Below are positions 48,074-58,588 of a stretch of 64,000 nucleotides of DNA, in pieces. Position 1 is the stretch's first letter; each line of letters starts with the position of its first letter. The DNA lies in NCBI GenBank assembly GCA_965601715.1, contig OZ271835.1, positions 2,777,303 to 2,841,302 of the forward strand. The letters are read 5' to 3'. The translations under genes and the position numbers were made by a program. The notes under the pieces were generated by a model, which ran no database searches, had not been told where the DNA came from, and saw only the letters and a program-made list of their open reading frames with translations. This DNA comes from Hyphomicrobiales bacterium (GTDB lineage: Bacteria > Pseudomonadota > Alphaproteobacteria > Rhizobiales > MH13).

Positions 48074-49684
48074 TCACTCCGCCGCCGTCAGCATGGTCTC
48101 ATCAAAGGCGGCGGCGATGAGCTCCTTGGTGTATGCCTCTTTCGGCGCTTCGAAGATCTCGTCGCGCGTACCAGCTTCGACCACCTTGCCGTCTTTCATC
48201 ACCAAGATGCGGTGCGACAGTGCGCGGACCACCTTCAAATCGTGGCTGATGAACAGATACGCCAGATTGTGTTTGGTTTGGATCTCACGCAGCAGATCCA
48301 CCACCTGGGCCTGGACGCTCATATCCAAGGCAGACGTCGGCTCATCCAGCAACAAAACGCGCGGTTTGAGCACCAAAGCGCGCGCAATCGAGATGCGCTG
48401 GCGCTGGCCGCCTGAGAATTCGTGCGGGTAACGAAACCGGGTTTCCGGGTCGAGGCCTACCTCCTCCAACTCTTGGACAACCGCCGCATCGCGTTCCTCG
48501 AAACTCATCTCGGGGTGGTGGATGAGAAGGCCTTCTTCGATGATGTCAGACACCGACATGCGCGGTGATAGCGAGCCGAACGGGTCTTGAAAGACCACCT
48601 GCAATCCACTGCGCAGCGGGCGCATTTGCTTGCTGCCATGGCGCGAAATATCCGTGTCACCAAAATGGATCGCTCCTTTGGAATCGGTCAGGCGCAACAG
48701 AGCCAGGCCCAGTGTGGTTTTTCCTGAACCGGACTCGCCGACAATGCCCAAGGTCTCACCTTGCCGAATGGCAATATCAACGCCATCAACGGCTTTGATG
48801 TGGTCGACCGTGCGCTGAAAAACGCCCTTCTTGACGGGGAACCAAACCTTCAAATCGTTCGCCTTCAGGGAGACGGCCTCCTCTGGTTTGTTGGTCGGCG
48901 CGCCAGATGGCTCGGTGGAGATCAACATCTGCGTGTAGCTATGCTGAGGATCAGAGAAGACCTCGGATACGGGGCCTTTCTCGACAATTTCGCCGCCCTG
49001 CATGACGTTCACGCGGTTTGCGAGGCGGCGCACGATCCCAAGGTCATGGGTGATGAACAGCATCGCCATGCCAAGCTCTTGCTGTAGCTCGACGAGTAGC
49101 CTCAAAATCTGCGCCTGAACGGTTACGTCGAGCGCTGTGGTTGGTTCGTCCGCGATGAGGAGCTTGGGCGTGTTGGCGAGTGCCATGGCGATCATCACGC
49201 GCTGGCGCTGCCCACCAGATAGCTGGTGCGGGTAGCTCTTCAGCCTGCCATCGGGGTCCTTGATGCCAACCCTGTCCAGCAGTTCTATCGTCCGCGCGCG
49301 CGCTGCCTGTTCACGCATTCCTTGGTGTACCTGGAGGACTTCGCCCACCTGGCGCTCGACCGTGTGAAGCGGGTTGAGCGAGGACATCGGTTCCTGAAAG
49401 ATCATGGAGATCTCATTGCCCCGCACCGCCCGAAGCTCTTTGTCTGCCGCGCCAAGGAGTTCTCGCTCGTTGAACTGGATAGAGCCGGAAGGATGCGACG
49501 CGGCGGGGTAGGGCAGTAGTTGGAGCACCGAGAGCGCAGAGACCGACTTGCCCGACCCAGACTCGCCAACCAGCGCTACTGTTTCGCCAGCCGCAACATC
49601 GAAGGAGACGTTGCGCACGACGGTGTTCACCTCATCGCCGGAACGGAAGGCAACGGACAGATCTTTGACGGACAGAAGCTTCAC
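48074..49684 (-). CDS. yejF: Peptide ABC transporter, dual ATPase
   Basis: Two GESGSGK Walker A and two SGGQRQR signatures. Confidence 0.9.
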   Translation of the reverse strand: MKLLSVKDLSVAFRSGDEVNTVVRNVSFDVAAGETVALVGESGSGKSVSALSVLQLLPYPAASHPSGSIQFNERELLGAADKELRAVRGNEISMIFQEPMSSLNPLHTVERQVGEVLQVHQGMREQAARARTIELLDRVGIKDPDGRLKSYPHQLSGGQRQRVMIAMALANTPKLLIADEPTTALDVTVQAQILRLLVELQQELGMAMLFITHDLGIVRRLANRVNVMQGGEIVEKGPVSEVFSDPQHSYTQMLISTEPSGAPTNKPEEAVSLKANDLKVWFPVKKGVFQRTVDHIKAVDGVDIAIRQGETLGIVGESGSGKTTLGLALLRLTDSKGAIHFGDTDISRHGSKQMRPLRSGLQVVFQDPFGSLSPRMSVSDIIEEGLLIHHPEMSFEERDAAVVQELEEVGLDPETRFRYPHEFSGGQRQRISIARALVLKPRVLLLDEPTSALDMSVQAQVVDLLREIQTKHNLAYLFISHDLKVVRALSHRILVMKDGKVVEAGTRDEIFEAPKEAYTKELIAAAFDETMLTAAE

Positions 49685-49687
49685 AAT

Positions 49688-50857
49688 CTAGCCCTCCACT
49701 TTGCGTGGATCGAACGCATCGCGCACGGCCTCGCCAATGAAAATCAACAGCGACAGCATGATTGAGATGGTCATGAACCCGGTCAGCCCAAGCCAAGGGG
49801 CATTCCGGTTTTCTTTGCCCTGCGCCAGCAATTCGCCGAGCGACGGTGCATCGCCTTGAAGCCCTAGGCCAAGGAAATCGAGCGCAGTCAGCGTGGTGAT
49901 AGAACCGGATAGGATAAATGGAAGGAAAGTTATGGTCGCGACCATGGCATTTGGCAGGATGTGGCGGAACATGATCCGCACGTCCGACAAGCCCAATGCC
50001 TTCGCCGCGCGGACATATTCCAGGTTCCGGCCGCGCAAGAACTCAGCGCGCACCAACCCCACCAGGGCAACCCAACTGAACAGCAAGAGTATGAACAATA
50101 GCGTCCAAAAGCCCGGGACGAAGAAGGCGGAAAAGATCAGCAGCAGGTAGAGCGACGGGATGGACGTCCAAATCTCGATGAAGCGTTGGAAGATAAGGTC
50201 CGTCCAGCCGCCGAAATAGCCTTGGACGGCACCTGCCACAATACCGATCACAGACGAGATGAGGGTGAGTGTGAGGCCAAACAAGACCGATAATCGGAAT
50301 CCATAGATGAGACGGGCCAGCACATCGCGGCCCTGATCATCGGTACCAAGCCAGTGATAGGTGCCTGCTCCGCAAAAACTATCCTGCGTGCCATCAGGCA
50401 GGTTGGCACAGGCCGTATCACGGTCCAGCGACCAAGTTGGCGCTATGGGGTAGGGCAGGCTGGACGCGTACGATCGGGTCGTATGGTCGTAGCGAATGGG
50501 CGCGTGGATCATCCAGCCATTGGCTGCGATCTCTTCACGGATGAACGGATCATAGTAGCGCGTGACCGCGTAGAACCCGCCGAAGCGTTCCTCCGGATAG
50601 TCGATCAACGTCGGAAACAGCAGATCCCCTTTGTACATGACGAGGATTGGTCGCTCATTGGCGATCACCTCGGCGAATAGGGTGACGAGGAACAGCGCTA
50701 GAAAGATCCAAAGCGACCACCAACCGCGCCGGTTGGCCTTGAAATTGTTGAGGCGCCGCTGATTGAGCGGTGAGAGCCCTTTGCGTCCAAGCGCTGGGCT
50801 GGCGCCTATCTCGGCCGTGGGTCCATCCATGATGTCTGTGGGCGTGCGTGCGTCCAT
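49688..50857 (-). CDS. yejE: Peptide ABC transporter permease
   Basis: NFKANRRGWWSL, LGTDDQGRDVLAR, RAEFLRGRN. Confidence 0.9.
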   Translation of the reverse strand: MDARTPTDIMDGPTAEIGASPALGRKGLSPLNQRRLNNFKANRRGWWSLWIFLALFLVTLFAEVIANERPILVMYKGDLLFPTLIDYPEERFGGFYAVTRYYDPFIREEIAANGWMIHAPIRYDHTTRSYASSLPYPIAPTWSLDRDTACANLPDGTQDSFCGAGTYHWLGTDDQGRDVLARLIYGFRLSVLFGLTLTLISSVIGIVAGAVQGYFGGWTDLIFQRFIEIWTSIPSLYLLLIFSAFFVPGFWTLLFILLLFSWVALVGLVRAEFLRGRNLEYVRAAKALGLSDVRIMFRHILPNAMVATITFLPFILSGSITTLTALDFLGLGLQGDAPSLGELLAQGKENRNAPWLGLTGFMTISIMLSLLIFIGEAVRDAFDPRKVEG

Positions 50858-50860
50858 TGG

Positions 50861-51967
50861 TTACGTCCGCCGCGCTTCGAAGTCGATGCGTGGGTCGACC
50901 CACATATAGACGAGGTCGGAAAGAAGCGCGACGATCAGGCCCATCAGAGAGAAGATGTACAAGGTGCCGAAGACGACGGGATAATCGCGGCCAAAGATGC
51001 TCTCAAATCCAAGGAGGCCTAGGCCATCCAGAGAGAAGATGGTCTCGATCAGTAAGGAGCCAGTGAAAAAGGCGGAGATAAACGCCCCTGGGAAACCGGC
51101 GATGATGATCAACATCGCGTTGCGGAATACATGACCATAAAGAACGGTGTTCTCGTCCAGCCCTTTGGCCCGCGCAGTGGTGACATACTGCTTGCGGATT
51201 TCATCAAGAAACGAGTTCTTAGTGAGCAGCGTCGTGGTTGCAAACGCGCCAACTGCCATCGCGATAAGCGGCAAGGTGAGGTGCCAGAAATAATCGAGAA
51301 TTTTCTGCCACCAGAGCAGCTCCTCCCAGTTTTCCGAGGTTAGCCCCGCCAATGGGAAGAGGTCCCAGAATGACCCGCCGGCGAACAAGACAATCAGCAA
51401 AATGGCAAACAGGAAACCTGGGATGGCGTATCCGACGATCACCACGCCGCTGGTCCAGATATCAAACCGGCTGCCGTCCTTCACCGCTTTGCGGATGCCA
51501 AGCGGGATGGATATGCCGTAGGAGAGCAACGTCATCCAAAGCCCCAGTGAGATCGAGACGGGTAGCTTTTCAACAATCAAATCAATGACTTCAACATCAC
51601 GAAAATAGCTTTCACCAAAATCGAAACGCGCATAATTCCAGATCATCAGGCCGAACCGCTCAAGCGGCGGTTTGTCGAAGCCAAACTGGCGTTCCAATTC
51701 GGCGATGAACTCTGGATCGAGGCCCTGGGCCCCGCGATAAACGCTCGAGCCCTCGTCTTGGCCGCCAAAATCTTGCTCTTGTGTGCTGAAGTCACTTCCA
51801 CCGCCGGCGAACCGGTCGGTTGCGCCCACATCGGTCCCCTGCAGCTGCGCAATCACACGTTCAATCGGGCCGCCCGGGGCGAACTGAACAACGACAAACG
51901 ACAGCGCCATGATGCCGATGATAGTCGGCACCATGAGGAGGATGCGGCGGATGATGTAGGCGAGCAT
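50861..51967 (-). CDS. yejB: Peptide ABC transporter permease
   Basis: VVQFAPGGP, YRGAQGLDPE, FGFDKPP, KNSFLDEIRKQYV. Confidence 0.92.
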   Translation of the reverse strand: MLAYIIRRILLMVPTIIGIMALSFVVVQFAPGGPIERVIAQLQGTDVGATDRFAGGGSDFSTQEQDFGGQDEGSSVYRGAQGLDPEFIAELERQFGFDKPPLERFGLMIWNYARFDFGESYFRDVEVIDLIVEKLPVSISLGLWMTLLSYGISIPLGIRKAVKDGSRFDIWTSGVVIVGYAIPGFLFAILLIVLFAGGSFWDLFPLAGLTSENWEELLWWQKILDYFWHLTLPLIAMAVGAFATTTLLTKNSFLDEIRKQYVTTARAKGLDENTVLYGHVFRNAMLIIIAGFPGAFISAFFTGSLLIETIFSLDGLGLLGFESIFGRDYPVVFGTLYIFSLMGLIVALLSDLVYMWVDPRIDFEARRT

Positions 51968-51973
51968 TGTCGG

Positions 51974-53836
51974 CTAGCCCTCAATCCACCAATGGGACTC
52001 GATCGGCAAGGCGTACCGAGGTTTGGTCTCGGGGTAACCAATGTCCGATTCAAGCGCCAGCCAATGGCTGGCCTTAAACCACTGAGGTACCCAATAGTGC
52101 CCGGCGCGCAAGACACGGTCCATGGCGGACATGATCACATAAAGCTCGTCGCGTGCCTCGGCTTGCGCCGCCTGCTCAATCAACGCGTCGATTGCTGGAA
52201 CGGCGATCCCGGCCGTGTTGAAGGAGCCTGGCTCATTGGCAAGCTCCGACCCAAACAGAGCACGCAAGCTGGCCCCTGGCGTCAGCGAGAAGGCAAACCG
52301 TCGCGTTGTGACGTCAAAATCAAACTCATTGAGGCGGGATTGATACTGCGCGCCATCCACGGTGCGGAAGGTTGCCGCGATCCCGAGGCGTTCCAAGTTC
52401 TGGATGTATGGATTAACGATCCGCTCAAACGTTGATGTTCGCAACAAAAATTCGATGGTCATTTGCTCGCCAGCAGCGTTTACCCGGCGTCCGTCTTGCA
52501 GCGTCCAGCCGGCATCATTCAGCATGGTGTTGGCTTCGCGCTGCAGGGTTCTGTCGCTGCCAGACCCATCGGAGGCAGGGGGCTGATAGGGCGCATCAAA
52601 GACAGATTCTGGCAGCTCGCTTCGGAAGGGTTCAAGCAGCGCCAGTTCGGCGTCCGATGGTGGACCGTCGGCCTTATAAGGCGCGTTCTCGAACATCGAC
52701 TCGGTGCGATTGTACAGCCCAAAGAACAGGCGCTCATTCGACCACTCGAAGTCAAACAGCAATCCTAGTGCCTGACGCACCTTTGGGTCTGAAAACTTCT
52801 CCAACCGCGTGTTGAAGAAGAACCCTTGGGCACCGGATGGCCGACCGTCCGGTAGTTCGGTTTGCACCACTTCGCCGGACTGGAATCGAGGGAACGTGTA
52901 TTCCGTTGCCCAGATGCGCGACGTGAACTCTTCGCGCACATTCATTTCGCCCGCCTTGAAGGCTTCAAAGGCCACATCGCGATCACGGAAGATCGGGACG
53001 CGGATCATGTCAAAATTGAACTGCCCGCGGTTCACAGGCAGGTCCGCACCCCAATAGTCGGGCACCCGGTCGTACTCAATGAACCGGCCGGTTTCGAAGT
53101 TGCCAACGCGATAGGGGCCCGAACCCAAGATTGGGTCCAAAGTGGACCCGCCAAACTCGCGGCCCTCCCACCATGCGGCGCTGAAAATCGGCAGTCCGGC
53201 CACCGACAAGGGAAGGTCGCGCGGGCGGCCTGGCGCGAAGGTCACCCGGACCAAATCGTCGGCCAGAGCTTCAGCGCCCTCAATATCGGTCAATAAATTG
53301 ACGAGGTTGGGATGCGCCTCGTTCTTGAGCGTCATGATCGACCAAGCCACGTCAGCTGCAGTCAACGGTGAGCCGTCGTGAAACTGCGCCCCAGCGCGGA
53401 GTTTGAAATCGTAAGTCAGGCCATCATCGGAAAACTCAACCCATTCGGCCACCAGGCCGTACACCGCATCGGCTTCGTCCCCGGTGCCCTTCATCAAGCC
53501 ATCGAATGTGATCTCGACGCGCTGCGGTGAGTCCCCGCGCAGCACATAGGGATTGAGCGTGTTGAAGGTCTGCGGGTTCTGGTTGAAGATGAATGTTCCC
53601 GGCTGGAAGGAAAGCGTGCCCCCCTTGGGCGCATTCACATTCACATGCGGGAAGGCTTCAAAGCCCTCGGCCAGCCCCAGCTCCCCAAACGATGACATGC
53701 CATAGGACCGTGTGACACCCCCTTGTGCCAAAGCAGAAAGCGGAATTTGCGTCGCGGCGGCAGCGCCAGCTGCACCTTTCAGCACGGTTCGCCGAGTAAC
53801 ACTGTGAGAGATGATGGATGGCGTCTTTGGCGTCAT
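51974..53836 (-). CDS. yejA: Extracellular solute-binding protein (YejA-like), Tat signal
   Basis: TRRTVLKG Tat motif, NVNAPKGG, LGSGPY, FDFEWSN. Confidence 0.88.
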   Translation of the reverse strand: MTPKTPSIISHSVTRRTVLKGAAGAAAATQIPLSALAQGGVTRSYGMSSFGELGLAEGFEAFPHVNVNAPKGGTLSFQPGTFIFNQNPQTFNTLNPYVLRGDSPQRVEITFDGLMKGTGDEADAVYGLVAEWVEFSDDGLTYDFKLRAGAQFHDGSPLTAADVAWSIMTLKNEAHPNLVNLLTDIEGAEALADDLVRVTFAPGRPRDLPLSVAGLPIFSAAWWEGREFGGSTLDPILGSGPYRVGNFETGRFIEYDRVPDYWGADLPVNRGQFNFDMIRVPIFRDRDVAFEAFKAGEMNVREEFTSRIWATEYTFPRFQSGEVVQTELPDGRPSGAQGFFFNTRLEKFSDPKVRQALGLLFDFEWSNERLFFGLYNRTESMFENAPYKADGPPSDAELALLEPFRSELPESVFDAPYQPPASDGSGSDRTLQREANTMLNDAGWTLQDGRRVNAAGEQMTIEFLLRTSTFERIVNPYIQNLERLGIAATFRTVDGAQYQSRLNEFDFDVTTRRFAFSLTPGASLRALFGSELANEPGSFNTAGIAVPAIDALIEQAAQAEARDELYVIMSAMDRVLRAGHYWVPQWFKASHWLALESDIGYPETKPRYALPIESHWWIEG

Positions 53837-55875
53837 TGTGCGTTGTCCTCCACAAGCGCGGCGCGCGTTTCGTCGTACCACCACAAAGTTGGGAAGCCGA
53901 TGCTGTAGGTCGGTAGGTTCTCAGGGCGGTCATATCTGTCCCATCGGGCAACACGGGCAGCGGTGGTTCCCCATCCGGGTACGACATAATGATCCCACAA
54001 CAAGACCCGGTCCATCGCTCGCGTAGCGACTTCAAGGGCCGCACGATCCTCGGCGAAGATGATTGCGTCAATCAACGCATCTACGGCTTCGCTCTGAATG
54101 CCAGCATAGTTGCGCGTGCCGTCTATCGTGGCAGACTGCGAACCGAAAAAGTCCCGCTGTTCGTTGCCAGGCGAGGATGACTGAACCCAACCGGAATAGA
54201 TGAGTTCAAAATCGCGCGCGCGCAGGCGGTTGGTGTACTGCGCCGAGTCAGCGATCCTTGTGATCAGTTCGATACCGACAAGCTCCAAAGACTGGGCCAG
54301 CTGATTGGCGGCAGGTTCCTGGGTAGGGCCGTTGAGCAGCAACTCGACCACCACCGGTGCCCCGGAGGCATCGCGCATCACGCGTCGGGTTGGGTCACTG
54401 CGCAAGCCAATGGCGACCAAGATGGAATGGACAAGGCCACTGCCAGCCTGTTCGGGGTCGACCTCTTCACGAACAGTCCAACCGCCAGCTTCGAAGAACT
54501 CAAGCGCCGTCGCTAGGTTCTCTCGCCGCGCTTCTGGCGTGCCATTTACGGGGTTGAAGTAGGCGGTCGTGAACACCTCATCGTGCACCTCTATGCCTTG
54601 GTCACGAAGGCCTTCCAGCAGCGCCAACTCGTCACCCTCCGGCACACCGGAACTCGACAGTGCGTCGATGCCCATGAAGTAGCTATCAAACTGGCGATAG
54701 GCACCGAAGAAGATCGAGCGGTTCAGTTCTTGAAAGTCGAGCACATAATTGAAGGCCCGGCGCACATTGCGGTCGGCAAAAAGAGGTATCTGCGTGTTGA
54801 AGATGAAGCCCACCATCAGCCCACGGCGGCGATAGGGTTCTTCGAACTCCTCCAGCAACAGGCGTCCATCTGCGACCGCCGGGATGTTGTAACCGGTCGC
54901 CCAATTGCGTGCGCGGTTCTCGACCCGATAGTCATATTCGCCGGCTTTGAACGCCTCAAAAGCCACGTCACCGTCGCGGTAGTAAGTATAGGTGATGGAA
55001 TCCAAATTGTAGTGGCCGACATTCACGTTTAGGTCGGCTGCCCAATAGTCCTCGACCCGTTCAAAGGTGATCGAACGCCCGGCGCTGACATCAGCAACCC
55101 GGTACGGTCCGGAGCCAAGCGGCAACTCCAGCGTGCCACGTGAAATATCGCGAACGTTTTCGCCGCCGTCCTGCGCCGTCCACCAGTGGGCTGGCATGAC
55201 AATCAACTGACCAACAATATGCGGTAATTCGCGGTTGCCGGTCTGGTCGAAAGTGAAGGTTACCTCGCGCTCGCCGGAAATCTCGGCGCTTGTGACATGC
55301 GAGTAGTAGGCCGCCTGCTGCGGATTGTGCTCAACCAGTGCGTTGAAAGAGAACACCACATCGGCTGGCGTCACCGGCATACCGTCGTGCCATGCCGCGC
55401 CTTCGCGGAGCCGGTAGGTCACATAGGAATAGTCGTCGGGGTAGCGCATCGCTTCGGCGAGCAGCCCATACTGCGTCGACAATTCATCCAACGATGCGGT
55501 GGTGAGCGTGTCGTAGATCAAACCCAAGCCTTGCGGAATTTCGCCGCGTGCCGGGACATGGTTCAGGCTATCAAACGACCCCAGGTCCGACAGGCGGACG
55601 GAGCCTCCTTTGGGCGCTTGCGGGTTCACATAGTCATAGTGCGCAAAGCCTTCAGCATAGCGCGGCGGCGCTTCGCCGAGCGTGGTGGCATGTTGCCAAT
55701 CGTCATAGTCAGGCGCTTCGAGGATAACCTCCGTTTCGGTTGCCTCACCGTTGGTGGTTTGAGCCAGCGCCATCGGCGTTGGTAGCAAAACGGCAAGGCA
55801 GCCGACGATAGCGAAGGCAAGCGCGACGTGAGTGGCTTGCGAACGGGGAGGAGCAAGGAGCGCTGGATCGTGCAC
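53833..55875 (-). CDS. yejA: Extracellular solute-binding protein (second YejA-like paralogue)
   Basis: YVNPQAPKGG, LGSGPY, GTRNYAGI. Start uncertain (GTG at 55875; ORF open to 55920). Confidence 0.85.
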   Translation of the reverse strand: MHDPALLAPPRSQATHVALAFAIVGCLAVLLPTPMALAQTTNGEATETEVILEAPDYDDWQHATTLGEAPPRYAEGFAHYDYVNPQAPKGGSVRLSDLGSFDSLNHVPARGEIPQGLGLIYDTLTTASLDELSTQYGLLAEAMRYPDDYSYVTYRLREGAAWHDGMPVTPADVVFSFNALVEHNPQQAAYYSHVTSAEISGEREVTFTFDQTGNRELPHIVGQLIVMPAHWWTAQDGGENVRDISRGTLELPLGSGPYRVADVSAGRSITFERVEDYWAADLNVNVGHYNLDSITYTYYRDGDVAFEAFKAGEYDYRVENRARNWATGYNIPAVADGRLLLEEFEEPYRRRGLMVGFIFNTQIPLFADRNVRRAFNYVLDFQELNRSIFFGAYRQFDSYFMGIDALSSSGVPEGDELALLEGLRDQGIEVHDEVFTTAYFNPVNGTPEARRENLATALEFFEAGGWTVREEVDPEQAGSGLVHSILVAIGLRSDPTRRVMRDASGAPVVVELLLNGPTQEPAANQLAQSLELVGIELITRIADSAQYTNRLRARDFELIYSGWVQSSSPGNEQRDFFGSQSATIDGTRNYAGIQSEAVDALIDAIIFAEDRAALEVATRAMDRVLLWDHYVVPGWGTTAARVARWDRYDRPENLPTYSIGFPTLWWYDETRAALVEDNAQ

Positions 55876-56033
55876 GCGTGTTTCACCTAAGCTTTTTGAT
55901 GACGTAAAGGCAGCTTGCAAAAACTGATTCGAAAATCAAACGCACAGGGAATATGGCGCAGTTGCGGCACTGGGGCGAGAGCCAGTCGCGGCTCACGCAA
56001 TGGTGAATGTGGCCTGCCGGTGTATCGCCCAAC

Positions 56034-56060
56034 AAAAAAGCGCCGATCACCCGGCGCTTT
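56034..56060 (-). terminator. Rho-independent terminator after cycM
   Basis: AAAGCGCCG-ATCACC-CGGCGCTTT stem; A6 on the plus strand gives a U-tract on the minus strand. Confidence 0.75.
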
Positions 56061-56086
56061 GGCATTTTCTGAAAGGATGTCGATCG

Positions 56087-56644
56087 TTACTGCGTGGCCG
56101 AAACGGTCGACAAGTCAATTGGCTCTGCCTGCAGCGTGTTGAGGTAGGCCAGGATGTCGGCGCGGTCTTCAACGTCGCGCACGCCAGCAAAGCCCATGGT
56201 CGTGCCGGACAAATATCCGCGTGGGTTGGCCAAGAAGCCATCAAGCTCCTCAAAGCCCCAAACCTCACCCGCTGCGCCAACCTCTTCCATGGCCGACGAA
56301 TAGCCGAAGCCGTCTACGGCGCCTTTCGCACGGTTCAAGACGCCCCACAGATGGGGACCAACGCCATCGGCACCGCCTTCATCAAACGAATGGCAAGAGG
56401 TACAGGCACGGACCGCAGATTCACCGGCCGACACGTCGGCCGTCGCAAGAAGGTCAAGAACCGAAATCATTTCTTCCGGTTCGGATGCGTCGGCAACAGC
56501 CTCTTCGGGTACGTCGATCGAGTAACCGGCGACTTCAGGCTCATCGTGATGGAAGATAACCTCGCCAACAAAGCTGACGAGCATCAACACCAATACCGAA
56601 CCAAGCAATGCACCAACAATCTTGTTGAGTTCAAAACCGTCCAT
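56087..56644 (-). CDS. cycM: Membrane-anchored cytochrome c (CycM-like)
   Basis: N-terminal TM NKIVGALLG; CTSCH haem motif; GPHLWGV; GTTMGFAG. Confidence 0.9.
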   Translation of the reverse strand: MDGFELNKIVGALLGSVLVLMLVSFVGEVIFHHDEPEVAGYSIDVPEEAVADASEPEEMISVLDLLATADVSAGESAVRACTSCHSFDEGGADGVGPHLWGVLNRAKGAVDGFGYSSAMEEVGAAGEVWGFEELDGFLANPRGYLSGTTMGFAGVRDVEDRADILAYLNTLQAEPIDLSTVSATQ

Positions 56645-56836
56645 CTCGATCTATCCAATCTGTCTTGCAGCTGGCTTCCGTGGGAACAAACCCAGAAGCT
56701 GGCGCGGTGATAACCCCAATGTCCGTCGGCTTGCAATAAGGGCAAAGGGATGACACGGGTCTTGCGACCATTTGCCTGATGCGGCCAGGCAAGGGTATGC
56801 CGACAAATCCTTACCACCCTACAAAAACGCACGATT

Positions 56837-57580
56837 ATGCCTTCGACCTTTGGCGAAACACTTGTTCTCATTCCGGCTCGCATGGCGTCAGTGCGCCTGC
56901 CCGGTAAACCGCTGGCGATGATTGGTGAGAAACCGATGATCGCCCATGTGGCGGATCGCGCGCGTGATGCTGGGTTTGGAGAACCTGTGGTCGCGACCGA
57001 CGCGCAAGAGGTGGCGGACGCCGTCGTGGCGCACGGTGGACAGGCCGTATTGACCCGTGACGACCATCCATCAGGCTCCGACCGTATCTGGGAGGCGCTG
57101 CAGACACTTGATCCCGATGGTCGCGTGGAGATCATCATCAATGTCCAAGGCGACCTGCCGACCTTGGACCCAGCGATCATTCAAAAGGCAGCGGCGCTGA
57201 TGGACGATCCGGCGGTCGACATCGCCACGCTAACGACGCCCATCAAGGTCGAACGCGAAAAAACAGATCCGAATGTGGTCAAGGCTGTGGGAACACCGCT
57301 CTCGCCGACCAGATTGCGCGCCCTTTATTTCACCCGTGCCACCGCACCTACGGGCGATGGACCGCTGTACCATCACATCGGTCTGTACGTGTATCGCCGC
57401 TCAGCCCTGCAGCGCTTTGTTGAATTGCCGCCGTCGCCGCTCGAAAAACGTGAACGCCTCGAGCAGTTACGTGCGCTTGAAGCCGGCATGCGCATTGATG
57501 TTGCTATTGTCGATGGTGTACCGCTTGGCGTCGACACACCAGAGCATCTGGAAGAAGCGCGCCGTCAGATGGCGCAATAG
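56837..57580 (+). CDS. kdsB: 3-deoxy-manno-octulosonate cytidylyltransferase
   Basis: [45 protein letters not shown]. Confidence 0.95.
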   Translation: MPSTFGETLVLIPARMASVRLPGKPLAMIGEKPMIAHVADRARDAGFGEPVVATDAQEVADAVVAHGGQAVLTRDDHPSGSDRIWEALQTLDPDGRVEIIINVQGDLPTLDPAIIQKAAALMDDPAVDIATLTTPIKVEREKTDPNVVKAVGTPLSPTRLRALYFTRATAPTGDGPLYHHIGLYVYRRSALQRFVELPPSPLEKRERLEQLRALEAGMRIDVAIVDGVPLGVDTPEHLEEARRQMAQ

Positions 57581-57590
57581 GACCACGCTG

Positions 57591-57693
57591 CGCCGCGAGT
57601 GGTTGTTCCCTGGGAACAGAGCGAACGGCGCTAAATAGAAAAAGACCAACGCCGTGAGTGACTGTTCTCTAGGAACACAGCGATCGGCGCCAA
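57591..57693 (+). repeat. Imperfect 44-bp direct repeat x2 (59-bp period); each copy is a hairpin
   Basis: CGCCGCGAGTGGTTGTTCCCTGGGAACAGAGCGAACGGCGCTAA (57591-57634) versus CGCCGTGAGTGACTGTTCTCTAGGAACACAGCGATCGGCGCCAA (57650-57693): 36/44 identical by manual alignment. Confidence 0.85.
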
Positions 57694-57706
57694 TAACGAG
57701 TAACCC

Positions 57707-58585
57707 ATGCGTATCGTTTTCCAAGGAGAGCCGGGAGCCAACTCCCACATTGCCTGCGTTGAGGCCTTTCCCGACGCAGAGGCAGTCCCATGCGCGACGT
57801 TCGAAGACGCGTTCGCGATGATCGAGGATGGGTCTGCCGACTTGGGTATGATCCCGATCGAAAACTCGGTTGCCGGCCGCGTTGCGGACATTCACCACCT
57901 TTTGCCGACATCGCCGCTCCACATCACCGGCGAGCACTTTCTGCCGATTCACCACCAACTGGTTGCGGTGAAGGGCACAACACTCGACCAGGTGAAGACC
58001 GCGCAAAGCCATGTCATGGCGCTTGGGCAGTGCCGCAAATTCCTGCGCGAGCATCGCCTATCGGCTTTTGTCGGTGCTGATACAGCAGGGTCAGCTCGCC
58101 AAATCGCGCAGCAGGGCGACCCGAGTCAGGCAGCCATCGCGTCGTCCTTGGCGGCAGAGGTCTATGGCTTGGATATCCTGGCCAAGGATATTGAGGATGA
58201 GGATCACAACACCACGCGCTTCATCACCCTGGCGCGTGAACCGGTCGATTTGCCAGCGGGCAACGGGCCAACAGTGACAGCGTTCATCTTTCGCGTGCGC
58301 AACGTTTCGGCGGCTTTGTTCAAGGCGCTGTCTGGCTTTGCGACGAACTCGGTGAACATGACCAAGCTAGAAAGCTACCAAACAGGCGGGCAGTTCTTCG
58401 CCTCACAGTTTTACGCCGAGATCGACGGGCATGTGGAAGACAAGCACGTCGCCCTGGCGATGGAGGAGCTTGAGTTCTTTTCGGCGGAACTGCGCATTCT
58501 CGGCACATTTTCTGCGCACCCCTACCGTGCCTACATCTTGGAGCCGGAAGAAAACCGGGCGCTGCGCCCATCGCCGGGAGTATAG
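57707..58585 (+). CDS. pheA: Prephenate dehydratase
   Basis: QGEPGANS, PIENS, NTTRF; ACT domain NMTKLESY. Confidence 0.94.
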   Translation: MRIVFQGEPGANSHIACVEAFPDAEAVPCATFEDAFAMIEDGSADLGMIPIENSVAGRVADIHHLLPTSPLHITGEHFLPIHHQLVAVKGTTLDQVKTAQSHVMALGQCRKFLREHRLSAFVGADTAGSARQIAQQGDPSQAAIASSLAAEVYGLDILAKDIEDEDHNTTRFITLAREPVDLPAGNGPTVTAFIFRVRNVSAALFKALSGFATNSVNMTKLESYQTGGQFFASQFYAEIDGHVEDKHVALAMEELEFFSAELRILGTFSAHPYRAYILEPEENRALRPSPGV

Positions 58586-58588
58586 GCC

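Noticed and set aside
57591-57693. Tandem repeat as a CRISPR array or alphaproteobacterial LexA box
   Set aside because: Only two imperfect copies, a 15-nt spacer and no cas genes. The GAAC spacing is N5, not the N7 of the alphaproteobacterial SOS box.
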